NCBI GenBank assembly: GCA_965202585.1
Contig: OZ241832.1
Coordinates: 55,366,001-55,430,000, forward strand
DNA: 64,000 nucleotides
Direction: 5' to 3'
Source of the DNA: Thalia democratica
Lineage: Eukaryota
In this document: one piece after another, positions 1-14,947 of the stretch
Layout: the number at the start of each line of letters is the position of its first letter
How positions within the stretch are numbered: the stretch's first letter is position 1
The notes under the pieces: model-generated
The model's input: only the letters and a program-made list of their open reading frames with translations
Database searches by the model: none
Told to the model about the DNA's origin: nothing
Position numbers and translations under genes: made by a program

Positions 1-3000
1 TAAAATTATTATTTACTGCTGTTTGTGCTTTAAAAACTTAAGATTTATTTTAGTAAGTATTAAAAATCAATACCATAACTAAATTATGTTGAACTATCAT
101 AATTTATTTTTTGTTTTAGCTTCCACTTAATGTATTTACAAAATTTTTGTTGTCTAATTTTAAACGTATTGTTCAGCTAAAAACTTGTGTCTTCATTTAA
201 ACTTTTTAAATATTAAATCGCTAGACTATTAGCCTGATACGACGTCATTGTTTTTTCAATTTTTTACTTTAATATCATGCACACATTTATGTTAATATTA
301 AATTTAAAAATGTATACCACAACCCTGTATGTTTACTAGTGGCAGTCAAAATCACTTTTATTGTTGCAAAAATCTACTTGAAGTGTTAGTGTTTTCAAAA
401 CTATCTTAATGATTTAAAGTTGTTTTTTTTTGTATATAATATAAATTTTTACCTATTTTTTTAATATATTTTGTATTTGGAGATGAATTCAGGGATATTT
501 TATCACTCTGAAATGTTAACTGCATATAATTAATAGTTTGAAAAAAAGCAATTTTTTATTGCAATACCTGAATTAATCAGTAAATAAAGAAATTAAACTT
601 AAAGAACGCCAGTTTGCAAAAAATTAAATAAAATAAAAATAAATAAGCTATTCTGTAAAGTTAAAGTATTACTTAAAGTGATATTCATTAATGTTTATAG
701 ATTCTTTGATTTACGAGCAATACTAGCGGATAACAAATATTTAAGCATTATTAACTTTATTATTCCCTTTAATTTGAATAAGTGTTATTTCAAAAAATAA
801 ACACTTAAATATTTGCTTATACTTTTGTTTTTTTTTTCGAAAACATTCTTATGTTGCTTAGTGTTATTTATAAAAGTAGTCAATAAATATGCTAACTTCT
901 ATGGTAGTGAATTCATTAACAATCTCTAACAGTAAAATTTGTTTTTAGTTTTCTTTCAAAAAAGCTCGCCTCTTCAGAGTGTATTGCGATATAAGCTGTA
1001 CTAAATAACTTTTTTTAAATTATTAACAAATCTTAATTTACAAACAAAAAAATTTTAACGAAATTTTCAAATGATAAGTAGTAATAAGTTTGAATTTAAA
1101 TTTAGAATAATAACATGAAACTAAAAGCTGATAAACATTTATAATACATTTTTTGTTTGTTATACTAATTTTACAAGTTCTATTTTAGTTGAGTTGATAA
1201 ATAACTCAAACTAGCTTTTTTTAGTGTTAAAACATATGTTGATAATACATTATTTAAAACCAAATTAAGCACTTTAAATAGTTTAAACTACTTTACTCCA
1301 AAAGACAAACATTAAACGCTCATATATATCAAAAGTTTTAACCTACTAATTTATTTTATAAGTAGTATTTTTACGGAAATAAAAAGTTATTAGTTTATTT
1401 AAGCTATTAAACTAAGTTTTAATTAAATTTAGTTACAAAGTACTTAAAACACTTTTTGTAGATGAAAAGTATTTTAAAGCAATTTTGTCATCTCTATAAC
1501 GAAAAAGACGAATTTAAAATGTAAAACCAATTTAAGCTTTATCGTAAAACAAAAAAAAAAAAAAAACAATTAGATATAAAAATAGTCTACTGTATTGATT
1601 TAAATTCCTAAAGAGCTAATTTTTCAAAAATTGTAAAACAGCGACAATAAATCAAGTACAGAAGATATATTTCAAACAAAAGTTATTACATTAATTGATG
1701 GTGAATGTTGCTGGCTTGTACTTATTGTTATTTGACTGCTACTTGAAAAACATAATATACACTTTAAACAACAATTTCAATAAAAAATAATTATTCAGCA
1801 ATTTTTCAATTGACATATTACTTTAAAATTTATTATCATTTATTAGTTGATTAATCTTTTAAAACAACTTGATTTTATTGATAAAGTATATGAAAGATTA
1901 CTTACATTAGTCATTATTGCATAAATCATTGGAATAAGTAACATACTATTAAACATAATTTTCGTTAAAGCTTAGTAATTTATAGTATTCTTATAAGTAT
2001 GAATAATAAGTTAATTAAATTAGTTTCACTGCTTATATATAAAAAAGAAGTGTATTTACTTTGTGATAATTTTTATTCTTCCAATAGGTTTGTTAAATCA
2101 AAAACGTAGTACAACAGTGATAAGAAATTTTTGATAAAAGTTTAGGTGTTTATATTGATAAGTGTTTTTATTTACAATAAAAATAGATTGCAGTAATAAA
2201 GTTTATCTTTAAATTAAAAACTTTGAAAAATTTACAACAGTAAAAAATTATTTTTCACTTGCTAGATATAAAACCAATAAAATCATGTTTATTTACACGA
2301 CTTCAGTTAACATGTAATTACGTGCCATTAAGTACAATGAAGCAGTAAATACCACCTGTGGCTTTTAGCAATAAATTGTTTGCTTTATTGTTTATTTACG
2401 TTTTGTTATTAGTTTAAACAAAACAGATGAAGACAGTATTATGAAAAAAAAACTCTTGTACTTTATTTTGTTTACAAAAATATTTGATAAAAAATTTAGT
2501 ATTAAATTAAAAATTTTAAACCTGTAAGTAGCAAAAAAAAACAGCGTTTTGAAATTCTATCAAATAAAAAACTTATTTTTTATATAAACTACTTTAAGTA
2601 TTGTTAACTTTGTTTTTTAACTGTTTTGTTTATTTTTGGCCACAATGTTAAACTATTAATAGAAAGCGTCTTACTAAAATATTTATAACTTTATTTACTG
2701 AATTATTAATACTTTACTAAACTTACGAGTTTAAAAGTTAACAAAATTGTTATTAAATACGCATAAGTACATAAAATTCTCACATAATAAAAACTACATT
2801 TTAGGCATTATTACCGCAGAAATTTTAAAAACAAATCAGTCTTTTATAACACAAACAAAAGTACTTATAGAAGATAAATTACTCAGCATTTACATTTGTT
2901 TTACTTTACTTAATCAACTTTCGAAAAAAAAAAACGATTGTTATTATTCGTTAAATCAAGTTTACCTAACAATGTATACTGTAGTTTAAAGCTTTAAACT

Positions 3001-5106
3001 CAAAATTATTTAAAACAGAAAATAAAAGTTAAATATGAATACTTTATCATATTTAAAACTTAAACAAAATTTTTGAATGTACTTTATTGATTTGTTTAAA
3101 GTAGAAAATTAAATATCCTAAAATTAAAACTAATCTAAAGTTAAAAAATAATTTTTAATTTGCGTACAAACATGTTTTACTTTATAATTCTCATAGTAAA
3201 CATAAAATATTTTTTAAACTGCTATCATTACTTTAACAGTTTCGGTGCATTTAAACCAATAGTATATATGACTACTTAGGCAAGTAAATTAAAATAAAAC
3301 TACGTCTAATAAACTAACATATAATAAAGCGAATTTGCGTTTTGAAGTATGTTTGTCTTATTTTCTGCGTCTTTATTATTTTTACTCTAGTTCTTTTTTG
3401 TAAAAAGTTTATTTATCCGTTATTTAAAGTAATTTTAAGACATTTTTTAGTTTAAGATTTCAAAGATTTTCAAATCCTTTTGAATAATTAATAAATTTAA
3501 CTTCTTACACCATCTTTAAAATTCATTTTATACATATTATTTGTAAACAGAAAGTTTTATTTATCCATAGAAAATAAAAAAATTAACGATTTTGTTTGAT
3601 TGAATAGAACATTAGTAACTTTTCTTTAATAGTTAGTAAAAAGTATTTAAATGGTGTATAAAAAAGCCAAACTTACTTAAAAACTTTCTTTTTAATTTTC
3701 GCTAGTTATACAAGACGTGAATATTAAAACTTACTTTAAATTTTTGAAACTAAAAAGACGTGAGTCTCTCTAAAAGTAAGATTTTAAAATGTACTTATCT
3801 CATTTTGGTTCGTGTTAATAGTCATACTTGTGTTTTGTAACATTTAAAAAAGAAACATCAGAATACATGGCAAAACAAAATCGTGCTTAATAACTTTTAT
3901 AATAAACTAGTTTCGACTTTTAAAACATAATTTTCAATGGCAAACTAAAATAAATGTGTACACTACTTATAAATAAATACAAAATTCGAATGCATAAAAG
4001 TAAATTTCATCATGAGGCCTTGTTGTGAAATTTAGGTCACAAGAAATAAATTTCAAAAATAAATTGTCGTGACAAAATATTAAAGTTTGTTTTAAATTTA
4101 TACTTTTTTTCTTAATTGGAACACTCGTGCTTATAGTCACGCTAGTGTATTAGAAATTTAAAATATAAATGTTATTGTAAAAAGCAGACGAGACAAGAAA
4201 AAATGTCATGTAGAGAAAAGAGAGACAAAATTCTTTTCTATAATAAGTTGGTTATAACGTTTTTGTTATTAGTATAAGTGTTCGTTTCTTTAGATCGAGG
4301 AAAAGTAACTGTTTTATTCAAGTCTTTCAAAAATTGAAAATAATGAAAAGGTAATTAGTTAATGATTAGTTTGAAAATAGAATAAAAGTGTATTTTTGTA
4401 ACATTTACTGAAAAATTTAAGTTAAAATACCTATAGAAAGTAACTTACAAATAAATTATCAGCAAAACAAAAAAAGTTTTAATAAATCTTTAAACTGTGA
4501 CAATAAAAGAAATATAATTTTACTTGTTTTGTAATTAATATCAAAACTGTAAAATTATTTGTTTAAAGCTTAAAAAAAAATTAACCGTATTTCAATTAAT
4601 TTAAAAAACTCTTGAAAAATATAACTTTTGAAGTAGAATAAAATGGTTAAAATTTGAAAGATAATATAAAAAAGTACTGTACACAAGTTTACTTTTGTTT
4701 AGTAAGCTTATTTTTATAATAAAAAAAGTACATAAAAGTTTTAGGCTAGGAAATTTTATTCGCAGTAAATAAAACTGTTAAAGTAGTAAAAACCTTTAGT
4801 AAACTAAATGTTTTGAAATATTTATTATACAAATACGTTATGCTTATTGTACTTTTAGCTAATTTGAAGAGTAAAATTCGAAGGTGTGAACTTTAATCTG
4901 AGGAAAAAAAAATTATCAACTCAATTACTAGCTGATTTAAACATTTAATCAATTAGTTGATTAATCAAATTGCTGCAATTTTCAGTTGCATTAAATTATG
5001 AAAAATTTACGCAAAAAAATGTATTAAGTTTATTTGAAGTGTATATATAATTATAGATAAATCATTTTGAAATAATTTTGTCTTAATAACAATCAAAACC
5101 TCGCAG

Positions 5107-6266
5107 TCACAGCATTGAAGTAACCAGCAGTTACGAGGACTGGATACAAATCCGCGAATGTTGGGTTCAATCCTTCGTCAACTACCCCCTTTACAAGTAC
5201 ATGGTTGCTACTGACGACGACAAATTGGCTTTCGAATTCCTCCGCGCTTACTTTCAAGCCAACTATGACGTGACAGTGGCGAGCGGAAACGCGGTGCTGA
5301 TGTCAGTGAAAGTCGGTTGCCATGGAAACTGTTGTCATGACGTCATTGTAGGCGGGGTGATGTTGCTTCTGCCTGATGTTGAGGGGTCTTGGGGCTGGAA
5401 GGCTAAAGACCAGGAACCTTATGACAGGGCTTACCACAAAAATAACTTGCACAAAATCAATCCAGAAGCATTAAGGAGACTTAAAAGGTTTGTTTAAAAA
5501 AAGTTAAATATATAGTTACATTAAATAATTAATAACAAAACACTATATATTTATCAAAGAGAGCATTTTTATTTTGTTACGTATTGTTATACAGAAATCA
5601 TTCTTGTGACATTAAGTAACAAGAAAATATTTAAAACTACTTGTGTTTTTTATGTTAGTAGCATTATAACTTAAGCTCTAGTCTTTTTCCACTGATTATG
5701 TTTCATTATCAAAATAAATACTAAAAAGAGGTTTTAAATGACTTGAGTTTAGTTTATAAACTTAAACATACATAGACTACTACTATACTAGTTTTAAAAT
5801 TTCAAAATAAGTGATAATTTTTTACAGATACGAAAACTGGGAGAACAATTTACTTCACACCTCACCAGCTATGAAACAAATAGGCCCAATGTGGAACGCA
5901 ATCTTCTGTGCTCTTTCTCCCAAACACACAAATATGAACATTGGCACTAATCTGTACCAATCAGCACTTGATCTTATCAACCAACTCCGTTGTCATGACA
6001 ACCTTGACCCAACAACTCAAGTCATTGCGGTTACCCACAGTAACCGGGCAGCCCACTTCCACAAAAGTAACGGGTTCATCCAAATAACCCCTAAGCTGAT
6101 TCCTTATGAAGATGACGGAGAGGTTAAGTTTTTGGTACATGTGCTGAAGCATCGACCCTGCTACCAAAACTTGTCGGGCAAAAGTGATAAAATTGAGTAC
6201 AAAATAAAAAAGAAACCTAACGGACCAACTGTTGATAGAAAAAATGAAATTGCGACTTCTTTATAG
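5107..6266 (+). CDS. GNAT-like N-acetyltransferase, last two coding exons (join 5107..5487, 5828..6266); upstream exon(s) with start codon not located
   Basis: Two GC-rich ORFs join in frame via AG|GTTTGT (5487/5488) and TTTTTACAG|A (5827/5828), giving ...RRLK-R-YENWENN. Frame is open back to an acceptor CGCAG at 5106 (in-frame TAA at 5087-5089 and no ATG between it and the acceptor). Protein shows GNAT-like elements: N-terminal SFVNYPL, motif A-like WNAIFCALSPKHTNMNIGTNL, motif B-like AVTHSNRAAHFHKSNGF. Confidence 0.7.
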
Positions 6267-9200
6267 TTTCATGTTAATTTATAGCTTTGCTGTAGACAAT
6301 TATAACTCTATAGTAGTTCGAGTAGTCCGATAGTAACATTGCAGTTTTATGGTTAAAAAAAAAATATCTTTAGTGACTAGTGTTTTTTAAGCTTAAAAGT
6401 TTGTTGTATTCTTTTCAAAATAACTTTTTACTAATTTAGTTTGCATTATGTCGATATTTTTAGTTTTAATCTCCGATATTTAAGAGTTTTAAGTATATCC
6501 TGCATGATAAAAACTAAACATTTTTTTTCCAAATGCAGTTTGGTTGTTGTATAAAACTGCATAGAAATGTTTAACATATTTGATTATTTTTTTAGACAGT
6601 TATTTAAATTGTAAAAAAAAAATGCTAGTTTTTTCATAACTTGTAAAGTTACATATCTTTGATGTAATTTTCTTTCACATTTAATGTTTAGTGTTAGATT
6701 TATGTAAAATAAAGCCTTTCAATACGGTTTTAAACAAAAAATTCTGAAAAGTGACTAAACAAAGTATAAATTACTATACCATCAAATGACATAGTGACCT
6801 TGAAAAAGTTCAAAAAATTCTAAAAATTCCGAAGAAGAGGACACTTTATTATAAAAAGTAGTGCTTTTTAAAGATTAAATGTGTCAAGTTAAGGTGAAAT
6901 TTTCAGCTGCAAAAAGAGCTTAGACCAAACTGATACTTTAACGAGCTACTTTGTGTTAGGAAAAATGTGTTTTGTTAAGTGCATAAAATATTAAACACGT
7001 TTTTACGGAAAACTTAAGTTTTTACTAAATTACAGCCTATTCTTTAAATAAGTTTAATTTAAATGAAAATATAGTCAGTAAAATAAATCAAGTAGTAATA
7101 ACTGAGTTTTTACTTTATGAAATTAAACAAATTCATATTTAAAACATTATGTTATAAAATTCCAACTTGAACTATTATAGAACAAACAAAGCTTTTAACA
7201 TAAAGATTTATTAGCGTATATAAAACTGTATGTGAAAAATTTATTAAAAGTGTTTAAAGTACAATTCGGTAAATTTATTGGGTTGTAACCCAAACTAAAA
7301 TAGCTGTTAAAGTTATAAGCCATAAAAACTAAAATTTCTTTTTTATTGCATTATTTATTACTCCTTTTTGAAAGGTATGTACTATTTAAAAGTTGTTTAA
7401 CATAAAATAACCTTAAAAATTGTAATAAACGTTTTGACTTTTTTTATGCGTACAAGCTTAAATGTATTTTTTAACTCACGAGAATTGTAGTCATGCGTAA
7501 AATTAGAATGTATTTCAAAATACAGGGTAACAAACATTAGAAATTATATTTATTTATTTATTAAGTTTTGTATAAGGTAAACTACCTGTATCAAGTTTTC
7601 TGTTGAATCATTTCTTTGTTGCTGCTAGTTAATGATTTAAAAAAAACGTTTATCAGTAGAAGCATTTGAAGCCCAGTTGATATTTATAACAAAATGTAAA
7701 AAATACTCAATAGTAAAACTTGCTATGTAACTACAGCTGAAAACAGCCTAAAATATATCTAGTTTTACTGTTATGAGAATCTTTAAAAAATATAACTACT
7801 TTAAGATAACGTAATTAAAATATTCTAAAAGTTTGATGTTCACAATCTTTAACTTCTTCAACAAACTAATGAAGCAATAAAAACTGCACTCTGTTTTTAT
7901 TGTTTGAGCAAATCTTCGAGTTAATACTATTCCAAAATAACTTCAAATTAATTAAGTTATTTATGGTTTTCATTGTGAAGTCACTGTTGTTGGTGATGAT
8001 TGTAACAAAAAAGTGTTTAAGAAAACTAATGACTTAACAAAACACAATGTAATATTACGTCATAAACCATTTAGATATTTACGATCCGTTAAAACTGAAG
8101 TTTAAAACTAGTTTTGTCACTAAAAAAATGTTAGTTAGATAAGACTCTGTTTAAAAAAAATCGTGTCAACTTTTTGCAATTATGACATAGAACAAAACTA
8201 TAATCGACTATATTGTCATTTATCTAACACTATGGTATTTGAACTAAATTTTTAAAGATTTTCTTAAATTTATGACTTTTATTAAGTAGACATAATCAAT
8301 TATAATATAATATCTTATCTAAATATTCATGGACTAGTAAACAGCTATAAAAGTTTAGTAACTATTGTGTTTTTTTAAACTTAAACTAATTTAAAATAAA
8401 CTTGAAGACTATAATCATGTAAAATCCTAGTCGTTTTAATATTACAATACGATAATAATTGATACAAATTTATAAAGGACATCTGTTGAAAGTATTATAG
8501 ATACTAGTATTAACTGGTAATTAGAAATTTTACAATAGTTATATAATTTTATATAATCTAATAAAAGTAAGAATACAAACCGAAGAAATAACTTGATAAC
8601 ACTTAAAGCTTTTAGAATTCAATTAATAATTAATCCGCGCTTTTATAATAATTTTACTGATTTATTTCTTATAAGCAGTGTTATAAAAATAACTATAAAA
8701 AAGTCTCAAATAAAGAATAATTATAAAATAAGATAAATTTCCAGTAATTCGAGTATAAACATTTACGTTAATTCGAAGAAAATAAATATTTACAAAAGGA
8801 ATAATTTAAAACTACTTATGATGTTTACAACACTAGTTTTTTTCTAATGATATTTATGTCTAATAGTCTAAACCCGAATTTAAAATTAAATTTAAATAAC
8901 ACAATGTTATACTTACGAATTATAAATAAAAATATTTTTTTGTTTTATGATATACAAGCAGTAATCTTTATTGATAAAACAAGTGCAAAATAATAATAAC
9001 TTATGAACAAACATTGTTGTAATTTTTGTTAGTTTACTAGGTCAGTTATGATAATACTTAAATTATATTCTGTATTATACATAACTGTAATTCTTATCAG
9101 TTCATAAGTCACTTATGATATAACTTGATTTTAGTCTGTGATAGACATAGTTGTAATACTTATTAGTTTACTAGGTCAGTTATGATAATAATTTATTTTT

Positions 9201-12200
9201 AGTCTAAAAACAGTCATGTGAATTAAAACTATCTACCACATAGTAAAAACAGGCACAGCTTTTTAGAAGAAAAGTTATTTATTTTTTTCTCAGATAAAAT
9301 ATAAACTTTAACTTTGAAGTATAAAACAGAAATAAATTTAAACTTTTAAAAACAAATTTTACTGCCGAGCTTAATGTTTATTTACAAAGCAATTATTAAC
9401 GTGTAATTATATATATAATTGAATAATTGAAAGTAGTAAATAGCACCTGTACTGTTTAGTCATAAAAGTATTTTGGTTAGAAGTTTATTGTGTTTTCTCA
9501 AAGGTATTAAACAATAGTTTTTAATTTTTAAAGCAAAGCATACATGTTACACAACCAAAAATTTTATTTTTTTTAGTTTTTGTTTAGTTACTAACAGTTT
9601 TTATATAACGTTTTTCAGTGAATTTTTATAACAACATAATTTTGTAACATTTAATTTTTTAATTAAACTGATGCTTAATAAAATATAATGAAGCAGATTT
9701 CTTTAATATAAACAACTTCATTGTTGGTTATGTTTGAAAAAGAAACAAAAAATATTTATATCTTTAAAAACTCATTTTTTAGCCTTCAAGTAGTATTGTA
9801 CAAAACTTATTCAAAATTTGCTTTAATATATTTAATACCACTGGTTAATAAAATAAATTAATTAAAGATAGTTGTTCAGAAAGTTTCAAAAGTTAAAAAT
9901 AAATTGAATTAAACTTTACATGGCGAGTAAAATGTTGGTCAAAACTGATAATAATCGAAAAAAAAGTATAAAATATGTTTAAAACTTTATTTAAAGCAAA
10001 CAATTTGTAAGAAAAAATTAGGAAGATTTATAAAATAGCTTGAAATTGTATACATTTATTCTAATTTAAACTATGTTCTTAACTAAAATGTTTAAAAAAA
10101 TCATGTTTTTTAGCTTTTAGTAGAAGCTTGTTTTAGCTAAATAAAAAATCATTATTTTAATACAGTAAGTAAAAAAATATTTTAAATAGCTGTAAGCGTA
10201 ATGAAGTAAGCTATTAATATTACGCATATATTTATCACAAGAATTTGCACAAATCTTGATTAAGCTGACAGCTAAACTTTAGTCGTAGTAGATACGTAAA
10301 TCAATCTTCTGAAGCACTTTAATTAAGTTATCTCTTAGTTCTGTAAACTCAGTTTTATTAATTTAATTTTTACTTAGCTCAAATTTAAGTCTAATAAAAA
10401 ATAGAGAACTTTTTATTTATTTACTATTAAAGTGAGTTAAGTTTAACTTTTTGCTCACAAATAACAGATTAAAGTCAGAATTTTGGTTATTTAAAACTAC
10501 TTAAAACAGTTAGACTTTTAATATGAACATTTAAACGATAACACAGTTTTAAGTTTAGCTGACAACTGGCTAAAAAAGTTTAATAGATAACTTTTTTAAC
10601 TTTTAAAATTAAAAAGAAAAAAAAAACTACAACCTGTCAGAGCTGTTAAAAAAATAATGTTTTTTGTATAAATAAATATCTTAGTCTTATTTTAAATTAT
10701 TCTATCAAAACAAATTTTTTGATTGTGAAAAGCTTATATATTTTTGATATAACATTTTTTAAACAGTTAAAACTTTTTGAAAAAAGTTTCAATCTTTTTT
10801 AAGATTAAAAACTAAATCTACTTTATTAATATTTATTTGCATATGGTACAAGAATGTTATCATAACAAAAAAAAGTTGATACAAAAATACAAATCTTTTC
10901 TATTACTGGAAATTAACAATTAACGTTTAAAATAAAATTGCAAAATATTTATTATATCCGTTTCTATCATTTGTTTAAAGTGTTTCCGAGTAAAATTTCT
11001 TTGGTTTATTATAGAATGGAATACTGGTTCCTTAAAGAAATACAAACTATTAATTTAAAAAATTTAAACAGCTGTTAATTTTTGACTTCTGTTTTTTTTA
11101 CTGTTGATCAGTACTGTTTGAAACAAAACTAAAAAACAAATAATGTAAAACTAAAAGTGATAAGATGTCTTAAGAGAAAATTTAAAGTAAACTACAGTGT
11201 TAAACTTATTGTTACTTTAATTTAAATTGTTATAAATTGATTAACCTAAAAAAATTACACAAATATTTTCGAACGTTTTTTGTGATTTAGTGCATAAAAA
11301 CATACAAAAAAAACCCTATTAGTAGCTAATTAATAAAACATTCTTTTGAAAGTACTAGTTTAAAGTTTGAAAAAATACATACAAAAATAATTTCCCTTAG
11401 AAAAATTATTTGGTTTGACTTTTTTTAAAAGGTATATGTATAAGCAATTTTAGGATATTTAGTGTCAAGTTATATTATAACTAAAGTGTACTGTTTCATT
11501 TGCAATTGTTAAACCAACACTTATCTTATTAAATATTTTAACAGCCAATTGTGTATTCAAAAGCATAAAGTTTCGTCATACAGACTCTTATAAACTTGGT
11601 TTAAACGTCTCTTTAATACAATTGGTTCGAAAAAAGTATCAATTTTAGTCTAAAGTTTATTATTAGAAGTCTTAGACTTCGTTTTGTTGAAACAAAAAAA
11701 AAATACTTACAATTTTTGTACATAGATGCCGATGAAAAACTTTTTAAGCACAAGTTTAATAAGCCTTTTAAAAATATTCAACATACCAAATCATAGTATA
11801 CTAAGTACTGTTTAATTCGAAAAAAAAACTGTAGAAAAATGTTTAATAACAATAAATTTATATGAGTTTTAAGGTTAAGTTGATTTTGATAAGGCATAAG
11901 AAATTAGATTACTCCAAACAAAGCAATCCAGTTCATATAATTTTACGACATTGTAAACGATGTGAATTCCCATGCTAAATATTACGAAACATACTGCGTA
12001 TCAAATAACTACGTGTTTTAATTGATTTCATGGTCAAGTTTTACATTTCAATCTATTTACATAATTTTTATTTTTTAATTGACAAAAAAAAATTCAACTT
12101 TTTTGTAGACGGGTTTTAGTGTGTAAGAAAATAAAACTCAAATTTAAACTGCAGGCTATGCAGAACCTGTTTAGATTCGGTTTTAATATCTGTTTGCATA

Positions 12201-14947
12201 GTTTTTACTATAGATTTAAATAACGTTGACTTTTAAAGGGTGTTTAACAACTACAAATTTCTTTCTTTTAGATATTTATATAGTGCAGTAAGAATATTAC
12301 TCAAAACTATTTATACGACAGTTTCTAATATATGATAATATTTTATATTAGTGTTTCCACTTAGTACTTTATTTAAAGGTGTAATCTAAAACACAACTAA
12401 TATTCTTGTATGCAGGCATATAAAAATAATGCAGAATAATTCTTAATATTTAAGTTTACAAAATACAAAACTTTTTATTTTCCAGAAATAAATATCACAA
12501 TCAATTATATCTTTCTTTTCGAGTCATAAGATGTTAACAATCGCTATATAAAAACAATTTGGAATATTATTTTATTTTAGGATCATATTTCTAGCATATA
12601 TAAAGTTTAATCGTTAATATATAGCAGAACATTGTTTATTAGTCTACACTTAACAGTTTCTATGACATCAGCCGATTCAACTACGTAATTTGTCAGTATT
12701 AATACGTTTTGCATTTTTAATCAATCTTTCAAGCAAATATTATTCAAGCAGTATACTTGACCGTATAATTAAAGTCTATTATTGACCATTTTATTTATTA
12801 TGTTTTGAATAACATACTAAGAGATTAAAAGAACTACCTTAAAATATTTTAAGTTGAAATTAACAAGCTTAAGTTTTTAAAGTTTATATCAATTAATTTT
12901 TAATAAGCCAGTAATAAAATGAGTATAAAACTATAAAGAAATTTTCGTAGCTATTTGTTTGTTGAAGTTTTTTAGTTATGTTACTATGAAAACATGTATC
13001 AAACGACGTATTCTGTATGGGTACTACGTATTTAGGTTGTTATGTATGTAATAAATTTACAACTAAAATACAACGAGTTCTTACGTATGTAATAAAAACA
13101 TGTTATGATATTTGGGTGCATCAACGTTTATAAAAAGTTCCATGAACTCCAAAAAAAAATTCAAAGAAATTTACAGTTAAATATTCATGTATTTTTTTAT
13201 ACCCATTTGTTACTAGTGTTATTCAAGCAAAAAAACACAGTTTTCAAAATAATTGTTAAATTAAGCTCTTACATATGTAAGTGAGTATAATTTTTCTAAT
13301 TACAAAACATGATCTACTGTCAGGTGTAAAAAAGCCTTTAATGTATATAACATTACTTTATAAACCTTTGTAAACAAAATAATTTCTAACAAACTATTTT
13401 AATATTCTAGTTTTCAGAAAAGTGTTATGAAAAGAAGTAAATTTCTTTAAGCTTATTAAAAATCACTTTTTTTAATGTACTTGGACATTAAATCTTACAT
13501 TTAATAAAAAGTATAGACTAGTACTTAGACGTTTTTCTGAGTAATTATTGTTCGTTTAATTAGATAAACAAGTACATATTTTTTGATGTCAAAAAAATTA
13601 CAGGTCATGAGTTACGTCTTCAATTAAAAAATACATAGAAGTTGCTGATTGTTAATAATCAAATTTCTGTGTATTGTTTGTTTTTAAATGTCAAATAAAG
13701 CATATGTTTTTTATTATAATGACATATTAATTTGAAACAGTATGTTCATATTTTAACTATGAATAAATTGTTTGTGAATATATAGAAAAAATATTTTTTC
13801 TAAAATCAAGCATTTATGCGTTATTACGTTTTAATTTTTTAATATTTTTAAAGTTTTATAAAGCTCATAACAACAATTTTTTTTTAATTTATAGAAAAAT
13901 GTTTAAAAAACGTTTTCTAAAATCAGTTTAAATATTTTAAATAGTTTATATTTACGCTTAAACTGCAAAAAATTACACCTCGTGAGATATTCCACTTGAA
14001 TATTTTGTTTAAAAATATTTCTAATGACAAAAAATTGCCTTCAGTTTACGTCTATATATAAAGTGATAAGTAAACGCATTTGTTTAAAAAGTAGCAACGA
14101 TAGTTGCTTTCAAGTTTCTGACTACGTCTATAACACTAAAAATAATACTGTACTGAATTATTTTATAACCATTAAGTTAAATATATCATTAACGTAGATA
14201 TTATTCATTAAATTTTAATTTCATATATAGTTTGTTTTATATAAATTTTGCTTGTAATAATTAAAATCTTTATATAATTTATTGATATCTAAAAGTACAA
14301 TTTGTAGAAGTTAAACACAACACAATAACAAAACTTTTAATTTTAATTAAATTATACTTTATCTGTTTTTTTTTAAGTATTGTGTTTATGATTAATATTA
14401 AAAATGAGTATTGTTTCAATTTTTGACTTTTTGTAACTAAATATGTAATATATTTTTAGTTTTTTATAACTCAATTCTGTCTTTTTTACAATTCCGAATA
14501 AGTTTTTATTTATTTGCTATCCTTTTAAAAGTTTCTATAAGAATTTTTAAAGCTTTTATTTGAATTTTTTAAAACTATTTATAGTATAGCAAGGTAATTT
14601 TTTAATATCAAATTATAGTTTTATGTTTAGTTAGTGCTTTCTTAATCATTAAAAAGTAAGTGAGTTTTTATTCTAAAATTATAGTTTCTCAATTACGTAT
14701 ATTACAAACAATAAGTTAATTATAGTTTTTTAAAAATACACTTCTAATAACAAATACAAATGTTTCTGAAAACACAACGGTCTATTTTGCAAGATTTAAA
14801 GAACTTAAATCAAGTTGTAACTTAATAAAAGCAATATTAGTAATTCGTTCTACTTTATATTAAACAGAGATAGAAAAAATACAGCATACTGTTTAAATTT
14901 AGCTAAAACCTTATAAAAAAAAAAACTATTAAAATCATCCAAGATTT

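Noticed and set aside
2747-2989. 80-aa ORF and similar K/N/I/F/L-rich ORFs (35509-, 38088-, 38685-, 40470-, 50854+, 62230-)
   Set aside because: Composition reflects AT-rich non-coding DNA; no motifs, splice context or GC elevation.
5961-6167. Minus-strand 68-aa ORF
   Set aside because: Antisense shadow of the GNAT-like exon.
9029-9190. 28-bp perfect direct repeat (9029-9056, 9163-9190)
   Set aside because: Small local duplication with no TIR, TSD or coding signal.
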